Assembly (NCBI GenBank): GCA_963712995.1
Contig: CAVQKH010000006.1
Coordinates: 16,454 to 80,453 of the forward strand
Direction: 5' to 3'
DNA from: an uncultured Actinomycetota bacterium
GTDB lineage: Bacteria > Actinomycetota > Actinomycetes > Mycobacteriales > Pseudonocardiaceae
DNA: 64,000 nt
Below, in pieces: positions 44,003 through 57,776 of this stretch. The notes under the pieces are model-generated. The model was not told the DNA's origin, searched no databases, and saw nothing but the letters and a program-made list of their open reading frames with translations. Both the position numbers and the translations under genes were made by a program. Each line of letters starts with the position of its first letter. Positions within the stretch are counted from its first letter, which is position 1.

Positions 44003-44141
44003 GGCATGCCAGGCAGGATACCAGTGTCCGGCCTCATGCGGCCTGAAGGCAATCTAAGATGTACCTGCCAGTCAGGAGGCACTTACGGGTAGCACCACAA
44101 CGATGCCGTGCTCACCATATAGTCCTGTAAGCGATGCCCTA

Positions 44142-44247
44142 GATGCACCTTGCGGAGGCCCTTGCGCACCCGTCCTGGGAAGCACGGCGGTTACTTGATC
44201 TTGCGGACACGTGGTAGGAGTACGGGCTAGCGAAGGGCTCCAAGGGT
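44142..44247. repeat. ~100-bp direct repeat, right copy
   Basis: Matches 41231-41335 with scattered mismatches. Confidence 0.85.
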
Positions 44248-44326
44248 TGACAGGCACCGAAACAGTAGTGTAAGTACCGGGTGTAGGCTCCACGCGCGTC
44301 GATCTTGACATCCGGAGGCGAGCACG

Positions 44327-44973
44327 GTGCCACCCAGGTTCAACCAGTCCAAGCTCAACGCCGCCATGCGGCAACTGAGCACCGCATCAAACGATCTCAA
44401 GCGGTACGGTCGGCAGCTTGAGGTCGCTGGTCGCGAACTTGATCGTAAGAACCGCTCGGCTGGAGATCAGCTTCGCCAGCTGCCCCGCAGCCAGCCCCGA
44501 GTCTCTGTGCCTGAACAGATCCTGCTCGACTCCGTCCGCGAGCACGTGACGGCTATCTGATTGATCGTCCTCACGACATTTTCCTGTCACACGCTACTGC
44601 CGATCTCCCTCTAGCCCGAGCCCTGCACGATGAGCTCCAAGCGCTCGGCGCTGAGGTCTGGATGGACGATTTCAGCATCAAGCTCGGCCAGAACATCGTC
44701 CAGGTAATCACCTAGGTATCTCGTTGTCCCGCGTGGGTATTGTGCTGGTGACGCCAGCGGCTATCGCCGGACGCTACTGGGTCGAGAAGGAGTTCTCGGC
44801 CCTCCTCAACAGCAAGGAGACCGTCATCCCGGTGCTGCATGAGGTTTCGTGGAGCCAGCTGGGCTGCATATAGTCCACTGCTGCACCTCAACAAAGGGCT
44901 GAGCACTGCGAATCGAACGCTACAGGAGATTGCGATTTTGATTGCTGGGACATTGGTTGATGATGCGGCATGA
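44327..44973 (+). pseudogene. TIR-domain protein, at least 2 frameshifts
   Basis: Coiled-coil N-terminus, then in other frames HDIFLSHATADLPLARALHDELQALGAEVWMDDFSIKLGQNI, GIVLVTPAAIAGRYWVEKEFSALLNSKETVIPVLHEV and SPLLHLNKGLSTANRTLQEIAILIAG. Confidence 0.6.
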
Positions 44974-45093
44974 GATGATACTGCTATCGACGCCTTCGCG
45001 CCCACAAGACTTTACTGGCAGGAGAAGTGGGCATCATGGGTGAATACGACTACCGCAGTCCGGGCTTATCCAAGCCTGCGGTAGAATGAATTC

Positions 45094-45643
45094 ATGAAAC
45101 GAATTTCAACGGAAGCGTATCAGGCGCTTCGTGATGCGTTGCCGGTCATCACGTGGAACAAGCGTCCCTTTGAGACGCTGCTGCGCACGTCATTACGTGA
45201 TCATCCTGAGTTGCTATCAAACTTGAACTTTGCCGACACCAAGCGGGCCGTGGCCGACGCTCTGGTTGACCGGCTTGTCCAGCACGAGGATCGATACCAA
45301 GAAGTGACATTACAGTTCATGCTCGAAATCGCTAGCATGGATCGCTTCCCTAACCTCGAACAGCTTAAAGATGATGCCGATCGGAGTATACGACTCAAAG
45401 AAGCAAGAAGTGCTGTTGCTCACCTACGATCCATCACGGAAAAATATGCATCGAACATTGAAGAGGCTGCTATACGAGATGCTGCTCGTAAAGCTGAAGC
45501 AGCCCAGAACGCGGCACTGAGACGCTTCAGCGACGACCTTGAAGCACTGCGAGTACGTTTTCTTGATCTACAGACCGAATCCGACGCTCACGCACGGGGC
45601 TATGCGCTTGAGTCACTTCTCGCTGACCTTTTTCTACTGTACG
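45094..45643 (+). pseudogene. 5' part of a gene truncated by the homopolymer block (about to enter a restriction-endonuclease/Mrr-like domain)
   Basis: 183 aa of normal sequence ending ...ESDAHARGYALESLLADLFLLYE, after which the frame reads only poly-Lys/poly-Phe. Confidence 0.5.
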
Positions 45644-47203
<1,560 letters not shown>

Positions 47204-47503
47204 GGGTAACTGCGACTACACGAGATTCATACGCCCCCAGCGCCTCAGTATCTGACTGAGATAGGAATACGCACTACAGTTGCAAGCTTGCAAGGTCGCA
47301 ACTGTTCTCGCGGATACTATTATAAATATGTTTGACAAATAGTCAACTATGGCCATTGACCTAGGCACGATGGCTCCAATTTACGCGCCCTGAACATCGC
47401 ATCTCACTGTCCTTAGCATACGCTTTAGCTGAGTCAGTGTTGGACGCAGTACCTCAGCACGGTTTGCCGCCTCCGCCAGCGGACACTCTTCGGAGTAGCT
47501 AGA

Positions 47504-48327
47504 GTGGCTCAGATGCAGATCATCAACACCACGTGGCGTACTCTCGACGGCTTGCAGCTGGCCGGGTCACTCGTCGTGCCAAACGAACCAGCCGACAGAG
47601 CGATCGTCCTGGTCCACGGCGCTGGCGTCGACCGTGAGGAGGGCGGCTTCTTCGCCCGGCTGGCCGAGGGACTGGGCAAGGTCGGCGTGGCGTCGCTGCG
47701 CTACGACCTGCGCGGCCACGGTCAGAGCGGCGGCCGGCTCGGAGAGGTCGCTCTGACGGCCCATCTCAATGACATCCGGGTCGCTCTCGCCCAGGTGCGT
47801 GAAGCAACCGGCGCACATGACATCAGTCTGTTGGGGACGAGCTTCGGTGGCGGATTGACTGCTTACTATGCCGCCGAGCTGGCCGACCAACTGACACGGC
47901 TAGATCTCAACCCGCAGCTCAACTACAAGGCTCGATATATTGATCAGAAGCCGTATTGGTCGAATGACTACCTCGACGACGAGGCGGCGCAAGCGTTCAG
48001 CGAAGAGGGTTACATTAGCCATCGGCCGGGTGTTAAGCACGGCCGGGCGTTATTGAACGAGGTGTTCTGGATCAGGCCGGTTGAAGTGCTTGGCGACATC
48101 AAGGCACCGACCTTGATCGTGCACGGCACCGAGGACACATTCGTCCCTGTTGAGTCCTCGCGGACTGCCGCCGAGCAGTTGCCGCCCCGCACAAGCTTGT
48201 AGAGATTGACGGTGCACAACATGGCTTCGCCGTAGACGACGACCCTCAGTACCTCAATCCGCAAAGCCAGGAGTGGCAGGCGTTCGTCATCCGGACGGTG
48301 GCGGACTGGTTGGCGGAGACTTCATAA
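47504..48327 (+). pseudogene. alpha/beta hydrolase, copy B (single frameshift near 48190, otherwise full length)
   Basis: VLVHGAGVDREEGGFF...GTSFGGG...PTLIVHGTEDTFVP, then a shift to KLVEIDGAQHGFAVDDD...ADWLAETS-stop at 48325-48327. Confidence 0.7.
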
Positions 48328-50040
48328 CTGTCGGCTGCGAGGTTGCGAGCGCTTCGCGCAACGCACGGGGTCCGGGCCGGTTGCGCCATGGCTTGAGGGC
48401 GGCCATGCCCACATCAGTTCTCGTTTGGTGCGCTGTGAGGTGGTAGATGAAGCGAGTTGGACGGCTTCCAACCCCGTGCTTGCTGCTTCATCCGGTTCGC
48501 CAGCAAGTGCCAATGATGACGTCCGGCGCGCGAGGAAATAGCCACGATCGCGGCGCGAGAGTTCGTCGGTGGATAAGACTTGACCATAAAGTGCTGCGGC
48601 CTGTTGGGGTCTGCCAGCCTCGATGTAGCAGCTCGCCGTCCGGAGCGTCGGCGCTTCTGGTTGAAAGGAGCAGCCGAGCTGGCCGGGCTTTGCATTGTCA
48701 AGCGCAATGTCAGCAAGAAGCTGACGAGCCAAATCAAGTTTCTGCTGAATGAGACTGATGGGCTCGCCGACCATCGCCAAGCCACGCGCCTCTTGCTGCG
48801 TCACTTCTGCACGTACTGACCTCGGAAGCTGCCATGGGCCGTACTGTGCAGCTTGGGCCAATGTCAAGACGCGTACAGCGTCACGGTCTTCATAGGCCAT
48901 TTGCGATTTTCGCAGCAAAATGTAGCCTTGTGCAGCAGTGTCGCCAGCCGCCTGCGCCCATTCAGTCGCGCGGTCATACCAGAAGCAGGCACGCCGAGGA
49001 TGGTGGAGGTGGCGGTACAGCAGACCGGCGAACTCGCACCCCGTGCTCCGACCGAAAGCAGTTCACTGCGCACAGCCTGTGGGACGTCACGGACACGCTT
49101 CTCGATAGCACCGAGAATACCGAGCACTACCGGAAGCGTCTTGGTGGGGCCAAGCACACCGTCGTCGGCTTCGCAGGTGTCGAGTTGACACCGGAAGTAA
49201 TCCACCACCGAGCCATCCATATAGCGGTGCGCGTCTGCCAGAGCGGCGGCGACATGATGCAGCTCGTCAAAGTCGAGATCCAATGAGAGCGATTCAATAG
49301 TTAACGGAAGCTCATCAGCTGGCAGACCATTGGAAATTTGTAACATGTCGAGAAGATTTCCGAGCCCGCTCGAAGCAAGGGCGTGCGGCTCCAACGGCAG
49401 CCACAGTGATTGGCCGTCTACGACCAATGGCAACGATATCCGTAGGGCGGGAGGTAACGGAGCTGGATAGGAATTTTTCGGCGTCCCGAGAATTCTTCGG
49501 CGATTACCGGCCGGATCGCTTCATCTGGCCGTTCTGGGTTAATGCTACTGCCCGGGTCTGGCCTGGCATGTCAAACCACAGAAGGTTAGGCGGTATCTTG
49601 AGCACCCGCGCCAGTACACCAAGGTGTCAAGCTGCGGATTGGCGGACCAGTCTCAATTCGGCTGATCTGTGGTTGCCGCAGGCCCACCATGAACCGGGCA
49701 GGAGTTAGCAGATGCCATCGGGACCATAGACCGCATAGTGATGCGGGTGAGTGCGGTAGGCGCGGGATACCCCACCGATGTGCTGGGCGGCGAAAGCTTC
49801 TTCGAACTGTTCGGTCTCCCAGAACTCGGCAGGCACCTGGGCGGGGCAATAAGCTTGTCACGCGAAGCACGCTGACACCGGGAACACTGACGCTCGGTGT
49901 TGTCCTTCGCCAGACGCGTGCCGCAGCGGCAGTAGTAGCGAGTGGTGAGCGGGATGCCACGGGCGCGCCCCTTCCGATTCCTTGTCCGATTTCCGGTGGG
50001 AGTGTAACAGTCCACCCGCCCCCATGATCCAAACCGTCTG
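48322..50040 (-). pseudogene. XRE/zinc-ribbon/TPR regulator, copy B, several frameshifts
   Basis: RYYCRCGTRLAKDNTERQCSRCQRASRDKLIAPP, GLRQPQISRIETGPPIRSL and TPR-like C-terminal pieces are spread over ORFs 49653..50132, 49586..50188, 48864..49433 and 48322..48918. Confidence 0.7.
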
Positions 50041-50315
50041 GCAAGCAAGAGAATCGCTCTACCAGCGTGGATACACCCATCCACTGTGTGGTAGGATGGG
50101 ACACGTCCGATCCCACTTCGATGATCTTCCATGGCCCCCAGGGCCGGGCTGAACGCTGAGCTGGTGTGGTCCTGAACATGCAGGACATCCCCGCTTCGCC
50201 AGTCCGGCGTTCCCCGGTTCTGGGTGCCGTCCAGCTGCGGGCAACGTATAGACGCCAGGAGGTACGAAAACCGTCGCCGATCCGATCTTCAGAGTTGGTA
50301 GGATGGAGTTACCCA

Positions 50316-50636
50316 ATGCCCGCCAAACACACCCTCAAGCGCAAAAAAGCTGAGCGAGCTGCCCATCGCCGCACTGCCGAAGTCGTTGACGCCCGGACCC
50401 TTCAATCTCATCTTTTAACGCCTGACGCTCTGGCCGCAGGCTTATCTGCTGCGGGCCGCTACATCGCCCTTTGCGGCCAGGACGTATTGCCTGCCAGCCT
50501 TACCGAACCGGGAAACGGGCGATGTTCGTTGTGTAAAGTGGAAAAACGATTCCGGCGCAGAGGGCGGGGGCGTGATGACTGGTGTGAACCGTCCTCCGTT
50601 GCTTCCAGGGTGGACGGGGCGAGAAGCCGTGACTGA
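50316..50636 (+). CDS. small Cys-containing protein, copy-B counterpart of 32685..32837 (fused or extended form)
   Basis: ATG 50316 after GGATGGAG; contains AAGRYIALCGQDVLPASLTEPGNGRCSLC. Confidence 0.4.
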   Translation: MPAKHTLKRKKAERAAHRRTAEVVDARTLQSHLLTPDALAAGLSAAGRYIALCGQDVLPASLTEPGNGRCSLCKVEKRFRRRGRGRDDWCEPSSVASRVDGARSRD

Positions 50637-50846
50637 CGAGGATTACCAGCTGCTGCGTGATCTGCGGAAGATGACGATAGCTGCGGCGCATTCTGCCACG
50701 GCGTTTTGGAAGATAATCTTTCACGGGATGACCAGATTGCTTTAGGCGGGAGTGGCTGGCGGGGATGGGGAGACGGTTTCAGGGAGAGGGCGTTGAGGAC
50801 GCCTGTGGTGATTGAGGGAGGAAGACGAGTGAGGCCTGCTCGGCAG

Positions 50847-50905
<59 letters not shown>

Positions 50906-51219
50906 TAGGCGGGGCGGTGTGAGAAAGGTGAGAGCCGACACCGAGAACCAACGCCGGTGGCTGGGTGTTTCTCGACCGGCACCGTCACGAGGGGGTGACG
51001 ATACGGTGGCGGCGGGGGGATGCAGTCGCTTATGTATTGAATGGTAAGAGGCTGGGCGACCACGGGATGATTGATATACTGGGCACTATTCCGGTGTTAC
51101 CGGGTGGGTGAGCTGATTTGGCGGAGGTGCGGGTGGTGGGGAAGAGGTGGGTAAGGGAGGGGTGAGGGACGAAGCGTTTGCCAACATTGGTTATTTGACT
51201 GGGAGACTTCAGATTACCG

Positions 51220-51546
51220 TCACGGTTCAGTTGCCTTGGAGTCTTGTTTCTCCATCAGTGTAAATTCATAACCAAGAATCTCAACTTTATCGCCATCGGC
51301 TGGTCGGACCCCTGCGCTAAAATCGTAAACAGTCGCCGGCTGATTTGGATTGAAGTGAATCATGAGAGTGCCAATGCTTTTGTTGGGGTTATGCGCCAAA
51401 GCGTGTTGAATACCGTCCATGTTCTCAGATAACAATCGTGACTTAGTAGCCAGGTAAGCGGTAAACTGAATCATCTTGAACTTTTCATGATAGTCGGCCG
51501 CCGAACCCAAGCCAGATGAATCGGGCCTTTCGTCGATCTTTGGCAT
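51220..51546 (-). pseudogene. hypothetical low-G+C gene; its open frame continues upstream to about 51700 without a start and abuts the IS end
   Basis: ORF MPKIDERPDSS...; the same frame is open upstream (..SHVCEQALEKFRGKIAQGAAWFSRPKLQKWLERQ) up to a stop next to the IS66-family left end at 51714. Confidence 0.35.
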
Positions 51547-51713
51547 TTGGCGCTCAAGCCACTTCTGAAGTTTCGGCCTAGAAAACCAGGCCGCACCCTG
51601 CGCGATTTTGCCTCGGAACTTCTCTAGCGCTTGCTCGCAGACGTGAGAGGCTATTTGCGCAGCTTCCTCTGAGTGACCATGAGAGGAGCTGCATGAGAGT
51701 GTGCGTCAAATTA

Positions 51714-53384
51714 TGTGACTGGATAGGTCTTCCTGCGGGGCTGGTCCGTTCTGGCTCTGGCTCTGGGTCGGTGTGGTGGCTGGGCTTTGGTCGGCGTGTC
51801 GTGGGGGCTGATCCGGTTTGTGACGTGTTTTGATCTTTGAGTGTCTGAGCAGTCGCAGGTTCCCCGCCGGCCCTCGTATGAGGAGTTGCTGGTCGAGAAC
51901 GCTGGGTTGAGGGCTGAGAACGGCCAGTTGCGTGAGGGGCTGACCGCGGCTGTGGTGCGGATCGGTGAGCTTGAGGCGCGGTTGGGGATGACGTCGAAGA
52001 ACTCCAGCAAGCCGCCGAGCTCGGATGGGCTCACCAAACCGGCGCCGAAGTCGCTACGGGGGAAGTCGAAGCGTGGTTCGGGCCGCCCGAAAGGTCAGAT
52101 GGGGTTCACACTCTCGCCGGTCGATGACCCCGACCACAGGGTCGAGCACGAACCGCGGGCCTGCTGCGGGTGCGGGGCCGGCCTGGCTGGTGCGGTGTGG
52201 GCGGGGGTGGAAGCCAGGCAGGTGTTCGACCTGCCGCCGCTGCGCCTGGAGGTCACCGAGCACCGGCTGATCTCCCGTGCCTGCACGTGCGGAGTCATCA
52301 CCAAGGCCGACGCCCCGCAGGGGGTGTCCGCCCCGGTGCAGTACGGGTCGCGGCTGGCCGGGGTCGGGGTGTACCTGTTCCACGGGCAGTTCCTGTCCAA
52401 ATCCCGTACCGTCAGACTCTGGGTGACCTGTTCGGTGCGAAGATCGCCGCTTCCACGGTGGTGTCCTGGACCAAGCGGATCGCCGCCCAGGTCGTTGCCA
52501 GGGTCGTCCCGGTGATCACGGACCGGATCGCCCGCTCTGATGTGGCGCATTTCGATGAGACCGGGTTCCGCACCGCCGGGAAACTGCACTGGATGCACTC
52601 GGCGTCCACAAGTACCGATGTGCTGCTCACCGTGCATCCCAAGCGTGGGGTTAAGGGGATGGACGCCGCCGGGGTGCTTCCCCGGTTCACCGGGACCGCG
52701 ATTCATGACGCGTGGGCGCCGTATGACACGTACACCAACGTCACGCACGCCCTGTGTAACGCCCACGTCCTGCGGGAACTCGTCTACGTCGTGGACACCG
52801 CACCGAAACCCCTCAGGGTTCTGGCCACTCAGGCGATCGACGCCCTCGTGGAAATCAAGGACCTCGTCGCCGAAACCACCGCCATGGCAACCGTGATGGC
52901 GACGACCGCTGGGCCGGCTGAGCATCTGAACCCGCATGACCTCACCCAGCGCAAGGACGAGCAGGCTCATGTGCTGCGATCAGCGCTCGTGCTAGGCAAG
53001 AACGCCACCGCGGGGCGGGCCACGAAGCTGGAAGCCAAGTACAACACCTTGTTCACCCGGATGATTAACCGGTGGGAGGACTACCAGCGGTTCACCCACG
53101 ACCCCGCCGTAAGTTTCGATAACAACGCGGCTGAGCAGACCATCAGGATGCCGAAACTGAGGGTCAAGGTCTCCGGCTGCATGCGGACCCTGAGCGGCGC
53201 CGAAGAATTCGCCGCGATCCGCTCCTACACCGCCACCGCTGTACGACAGGGCCAGAACATGCTCGACGTCCTCATCCACGCCGCCGACGGCGCCCCCTGG
53301 ATCCCCGCCACCTGACCCCCGTCACGCCCAACCGCGGTCACGCGGCGCATCACCATGCCAAAAACCCGACACCTATCCAGTTAC
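51714..53384 (+). mobile_element. IS66-family insertion sequence (single-ORF type)
   Basis: Terminal inverted repeats GTGACTGGATAGGT (51715-51728) and ACCTATCCAGTTAC (53371-53384), 13 of 14 complementary; no obvious target-site duplication. Confidence 0.65.
51841..53315 (+). pseudogene. IS66-family transposase with one frameshift near 52400
   Basis: SKNSSKPPSSDGL, zinc-finger-like CCGCG...CTCG, then in the next frame DLFGAKIAASTVVSW...AHFDETGFRTAGKLHWMH...HDAWAPY...LCNAHVLREL. Confidence 0.75.
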
Positions 53385-53974
53385 GCGCAGCGAAAGCGAT
53401 TTCGCAGAACGGGCGGCGGCGTCGAAGAAATTGCGATTAGTCAGTGGTACTGGTTGGGCTGCCATCCAAGAGTTGTTTGGGCAAGGGGCTCAGGCAACAG
53501 GTGACGGTGAAGGCTCGCGGGGGCGGGCGCGGAAGAGCTGAAAAGAAGGTACTACACCGCCATTGCCCTCCCTCGGGCACCAAAGGGCTACGGGCAGCAA
53601 ATCACGCTGCCCGTAGCCCACCTACCACTAGCATTCCCCGGTGATTGAATCCCGCCACAATAATCTTCCCGATTTGCCTTGGCATCGGGCGCAAGAGATG
53701 GAAAAATGAAAGGAGAAAAGAAATGCAAGAATCGAACAATGGAAGGATAAGCGGAATGCCAAGTACGGCGAACTGCCTACCTACGATCACACCGAACAAG
53801 GCGTGGCCGATGACCATGAAACTATTCAGGAGGCCAGCGTCGCCCACCAACGGCGCATCGAACGCAACCGCGACGTCCGAGAGCAGTTGATCCAGCAGCT
53901 CAATACCGGCGCTTTAGCTATCACCGCCCCACCCGGAACCCGAGCTACCCCTGCAAGCGCACCGCAGCCGACTC

Positions 53975-55713
53975 CACGGGACCTCGTGCCGCACTCTACC
54001 TGCGGGTCAGCACCGAAGAACAAGCCCATAAAGGCGGTGAGGCTGAAGGCTACTCACTACCCACCCAACGCGATGCCTGCCGACTCAAGGCCCAAGATCT
54101 CGGCGCCATCGTCACTGAGGAGTACGTCGAAGCGGGCGATTCTGCCCGCTCAGCCAACCGTCCCGAGCTGCAACGCCTACTTCGCGACGTCAAACAGAAA
54201 CGGTTCGACTATGTCATCGTCCACAAGATCGACCGCTGGGCACGCTGGAAGGAAGACGACGTTCTGCTCACAGCCGCCCTTGCCCGCGTCGGCACCGAAC
54301 TCATCTCGGCCAGCGAGTACTTTGACGACACTCCGGCCGGCCGCTTCCACCGCAACGTCATGGCCGACGTCGCTCAGTACCACTCCGACAACCTGTCGGT
54401 CGAAGTCCTCAAGGGCATGAACAAGAAAGCCGAGAAAGGTGGGACACCGTTCCGGGCTCCGCTGGGCTACCTCAACCACCACGAAATTGGCGCAAACGGC
54501 GCCGACGTACGCACTGTCATCACCGACCCCGACCGCGCTCCCCTCATCCGCTGGGCCCTGGAAGAATACGCCACCGGGCACTGGAGTGGCCGCGCACTCA
54601 TAGAAGCACTCACCCGTAAAGGCCTCACCACGCGCCCCACGCGCAACAAACTCGGCGAGCCGATCAGTATGACCACCTTCTACCGCTTACTCAGCAACCC
54701 CTACTACATGGGCATCGTCTGCTACCACGGCATCTACTACGAAGGCACCCACCAACCGCTGGTTGACCCCGAAACATGGCTGCGTATCCAGGACGTGCTC
54801 AGTACGCATCACCTGGCCGGAGAGAAAAGATCGCGTCCACCATCACTATCTCAAAGGCACCATATTCTGCGGAGAATGCGGCACACGACTGGTGTTTCAG
54901 CCGCCACCGCGGCAACGGCGGCATCTACGATTATTACCTGTGCCTGAGCCGTAAGACCAAACGGCGACCATGCAGCCGCACCGTTATTCGTCTGACGCCA
55001 TCGAAGCGGCTGTCGCCCGTTTTTATCGCAGCTTCCAACTCAGCCCCGCCGGGGTTGGGGCCATCCGCGAAGCGGTGAAGACCGAACTCCGCGCCGAGCA
55101 GGCCCAAGCCGAACAAGACCAGAGCCGTGCTCGTCGCCGCATCGCCGCACTCACCGACCAGCGCGCCAAGCTGCTTACTGCCCACTACACCGGCGCTGTG
55201 CCGCTTGATCTCTTGAAAACTGAAATGACCCGGCTGACCCGAGAGAAGATCGACGCCGAGAACGAACTGGCGACCGCCACCGCTACCCTCACCGACTTGG
55301 CCGGACAACTCGAACGAGCCCTCGCCGTAGCGGGCAACTGCAACCAGCACTACGCGGCGGCACCATCCCGAATCCGGCGACAGATCAACCAAGGCTTGTT
55401 CAAAGCGCTCTACCTACACCGTGACGGCGAAGTAGCGCACATCGAGCTGACAGAACCCTTCGCGCAACTGCTCGCAGACGACCTACTCTCCAGCGTCAGC
55501 GCCCAGGCAGCCCTGACCGGCGAGCCAGCCGACGAACAGAGCAGCACACGGGCAGGCACGGCTGACCGCGCTCGTCCGTCCGCCGTCCTGCGGACCGTCA
55601 TCACCGGTGACCAGATACACAAAGCGCCCCAGCAGGACCTGCTGGGGCGCGGTTTGCACAACGTTCGTCTGGTGCCCCCGGTGGGAGTCGAACCCACACT
55701 GCGGCCTTTTTAA
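53975..55713 (+). pseudogene. large serine recombinase, no start codon in frame and at least 3 frameshifts
   Basis: AALYLRVSTEEQ (catalytic Ser), FDYVIVHKIDRWAR, recombinase domain PLGYLNH...YYMGIV.YHG, zinc ribbon KGTIFCGECGTRL / YDYYLC, and a coiled-coil C-terminus, spread over 4 frames. Confidence 0.75.
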
Positions 55714-55715
55714 GA
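55671..55715 (-). repeat. direct repeat of the tRNA 3' half (distal att site)
   Basis: 55671-55706 is identical over 36 nt to 60478-60513 (GGTGCCCCCGGTGGGAGTCGAACCCACACTGCGGCC); similarity continues into the anticodon loop. Confidence 0.9.
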
Positions 55716-55921
55716 GGACTGGCTTCTCGAACTCGCTACCGCCTCCGACCTGCGATAGAGCGGCAAGCGATGAGCACCAGCACCCGACTTAGGCACGTAT
55801 TGGGCACAGCCCCTTGCACCTCAGGTGCTGCTGCAGTGTTGACCTGATGACGCGCACGACGAAGGCCCACGGAAGTCGCTGGGTTATGAGCCGGTTATGA
55901 GCCCGCAACCGCCCCCGCCAG

Positions 55922-56707
55922 CTAGCGGTCAGTGCTCTGGCACGCTCGGCTGCTCTTGGCGTCCGGCTCCGGCCACTTCTCGGCCATGGCGATCTGCTCC
56001 GACGTCACGACGACGCGATCGACTGCGGCGCCCTTAGCGCTCACGCCGTCGAGGATGGCGTCGGTCAGGTCGGCGCCCTCCAGGCACGCGTCGGTGAGGG
56101 TCGCGCCGCGAAGGTCGGCCCCAGTCAGGTTGGCGCCACGCAGGTCCGCCGTGTCGAGGTCCGAGTACCGCAGCACGGCGCCCCGCAGGTCGGCATCGCG
56201 GAGATCCACACCCACGAGCGAGGAACGTGGCGCCTCGAACCGGGACGGCCGTTCCTGCGCGGGGTCGTCGCTGATGACGTCGTAGCTACGTCCGAGCAGG
56301 ATGCCAGTCAGCGCCACCCCCAGCACCACCGCCGAAGCCAGCATGAAGACACGGCCAGCCCATCCGGAACCGAGGTACAACGCGAGGGCACCGGTCGTGC
56401 CCACGCCAGCCACGAGCACGCCGAACGGGCCGAGCACCTGACCTGCCGCCGCCGTCAAGGCGATCACCACCACCGGCCAGACCCAGAGCAGGCGATCCTT
56501 CGGACGGTCGGCGGGCGGCCACGGCTCGATCTCGTCCGCCGGGGTACCGCCGGTCCGGCGCACGACCGGGGACGACGCGCCCTCGTGCGGTGGGGTCGGG
56601 GAAGCGGGTTCGCCCTCGCCGAACTCCAAGTCGGCACCCGGCGGTGGGTTGGGTGCCGCAGACCCACCGTTCTGGCTCTCAGGCCCGTCTCCACCAGGTT
56701 TCGCCAC
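55922..56707 (-). CDS. membrane protein with C-terminal pentapeptide repeats
   Basis: Pro-rich N-terminus, 3-4 TM helices, then GVDLRDADLRGAVLRYSDLDTADLRGANLTGADLRGATLTDACLEGADLTDAIL. Confidence 0.75.
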   Translation of the reverse strand: MAKPGGDGPESQNGGSAAPNPPPGADLEFGEGEPASPTPPHEGASSPVVRRTGGTPADEIEPWPPADRPKDRLLWVWPVVVIALTAAAGQVLGPFGVLVAGVGTTGALALYLGSGWAGRVFMLASAVVLGVALTGILLGRSYDVISDDPAQERPSRFEAPRSSLVGVDLRDADLRGAVLRYSDLDTADLRGANLTGADLRGATLTDACLEGADLTDAILDGVSAKGAAVDRVVVTSEQIAMAEKWPEPDAKSSRACQSTDR

Positions 56708-56762
56708 GTGCGAATCGTGGCAGGGTCGCCGCCCGGATGAGTCAGCGAGGCGGCGTCGGCAT

Positions 56763-57776
56763 CTACTCCGGCGTCACCGACGTCTGCGGTTGCTGTTGCG
56801 GGACCTCGACCGGTGGCGGTTTCTGGTACGCCAGCGTCTCCTGCCGATGGTCGAACACTTTTCGCAGCGTCGCGTTGGTGATGCGTTCGTCCGCCGTGGT
56901 GTTCGGATGCGGGAGGTGCAGGCGTGCGTAGAGGTCGAAGCGGGACAGCTCCGTGAGCACGGCGACGCTGGTGCCGTACTCGTGTGCCACAGCCACCGCC
57001 CCGCGGTAGGCGAGAAAGGCGACGGTATAAGGAACTAGTGCCAGTAGCAGCCACAGGCCATGGCGCCACATCACCAAGACGGTCGTCAATGCCGCCAGCA
57101 GCGCCACGAACGTCGTGCGGATCGCGAGTTCGAGTTGGACGCGCTGGTTCTGTACGTACCCGATCTCTCGCTCGCCGCCAACCATGGCGAGGCGGGGAAC
57201 GGCCGTGATGGGATCCAATTCGTAGGCCCTCCCCACCAAGCGCTCATAACGGCGCAGGACGTTGCCAAGCCTGGTCGGCATCACCTCGTCCAGATACTGG
57301 GGATACGACGCGAGCGCCCGCCGCGATTCCGCGGCGACGATGGCGGCGCGTACCAGTTCGGGCGGCGCGGATTCGCTCCTCAATGCGAGGGTGGTGTCCT
57401 TGCCGAGCCACTGTGCCGGCAACTGGTCGCCATCCTCCAGGTTCGACTTGCGACGCCGGTGGTACATCGTCCTGGCCGTGGCGAGCTCGACCGCCAGGCG
57501 AGAGGTGCCCCAGTAGCCCTCCATGACCTGGATGAGCGCGAACTGCAGCGGGTTCAGCGCCAGCGCGATCACGACCGCGCCAAAGCTCGCCAGCAGCACC
57601 TCGGCGAGATTGATGTCGGCGAGCGCAGACCAGCGCACGCGATCGGACCCGCCGATCTGGACCAAGCCGTACACGTACACCACCAACACGGTCGCCGGCA
57701 GCAGACTCACCACGGTGAAATAGCGTCCGACCTTGGCAGCGCCCGACGAGAGGGTCGAGGCAACGTCCGCGCTCAT
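56763..57776 (-). CDS. 4-TM membrane protein of unknown family
   Basis: TM pairs at both ends flank a soluble segment of about 130 aa (…EVMPTRLGNVLRRYERLVGRAYELD…); start overlaps the upstream stop (ATGA). Confidence 0.65.
   Translation of the reverse strand: MSADVASTLSSGAAKVGRYFTVVSLLPATVLVVYVYGLVQIGGSDRVRWSALADINLAEVLLASFGAVVIALALNPLQFALIQVMEGYWGTSRLAVELATARTMYHRRRKSNLEDGDQLPAQWLGKDTTLALRSESAPPELVRAAIVAAESRRALASYPQYLDEVMPTRLGNVLRRYERLVGRAYELDPITAVPRLAMVGGEREIGYVQNQRVQLELAIRTTFVALLAALTTVLVMWRHGLWLLLALVPYTVAFLAYRGAVAVAHEYGTSVAVLTELSRFDLYARLHLPHPNTTADERITNATLRKVFDHRQETLAYQKPPPVEVPQQQPQTSVTPE

Noticed and set aside
52395-52415. Frameshift in the IS66-family transposase as a programmed ribosomal frameshift
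   Set aside because: There is no slippery heptamer or downstream structure evident, and IS66-family elements are not known to me to use frameshifting. Given the many other broken genes nearby, a mutation is more likely.
53585-53619. Perfect 14-bp stem hairpin GGGCTACGGGCAGC-AAATCAC-GCTGCCCGTAGCCC between the IS66 element and the serine recombinase, as a terminator or element end
   Set aside because: The structure is real, but there is no U-tract, no partner repeat and no adjacent intact gene, so no function can be assigned. It is noted only.
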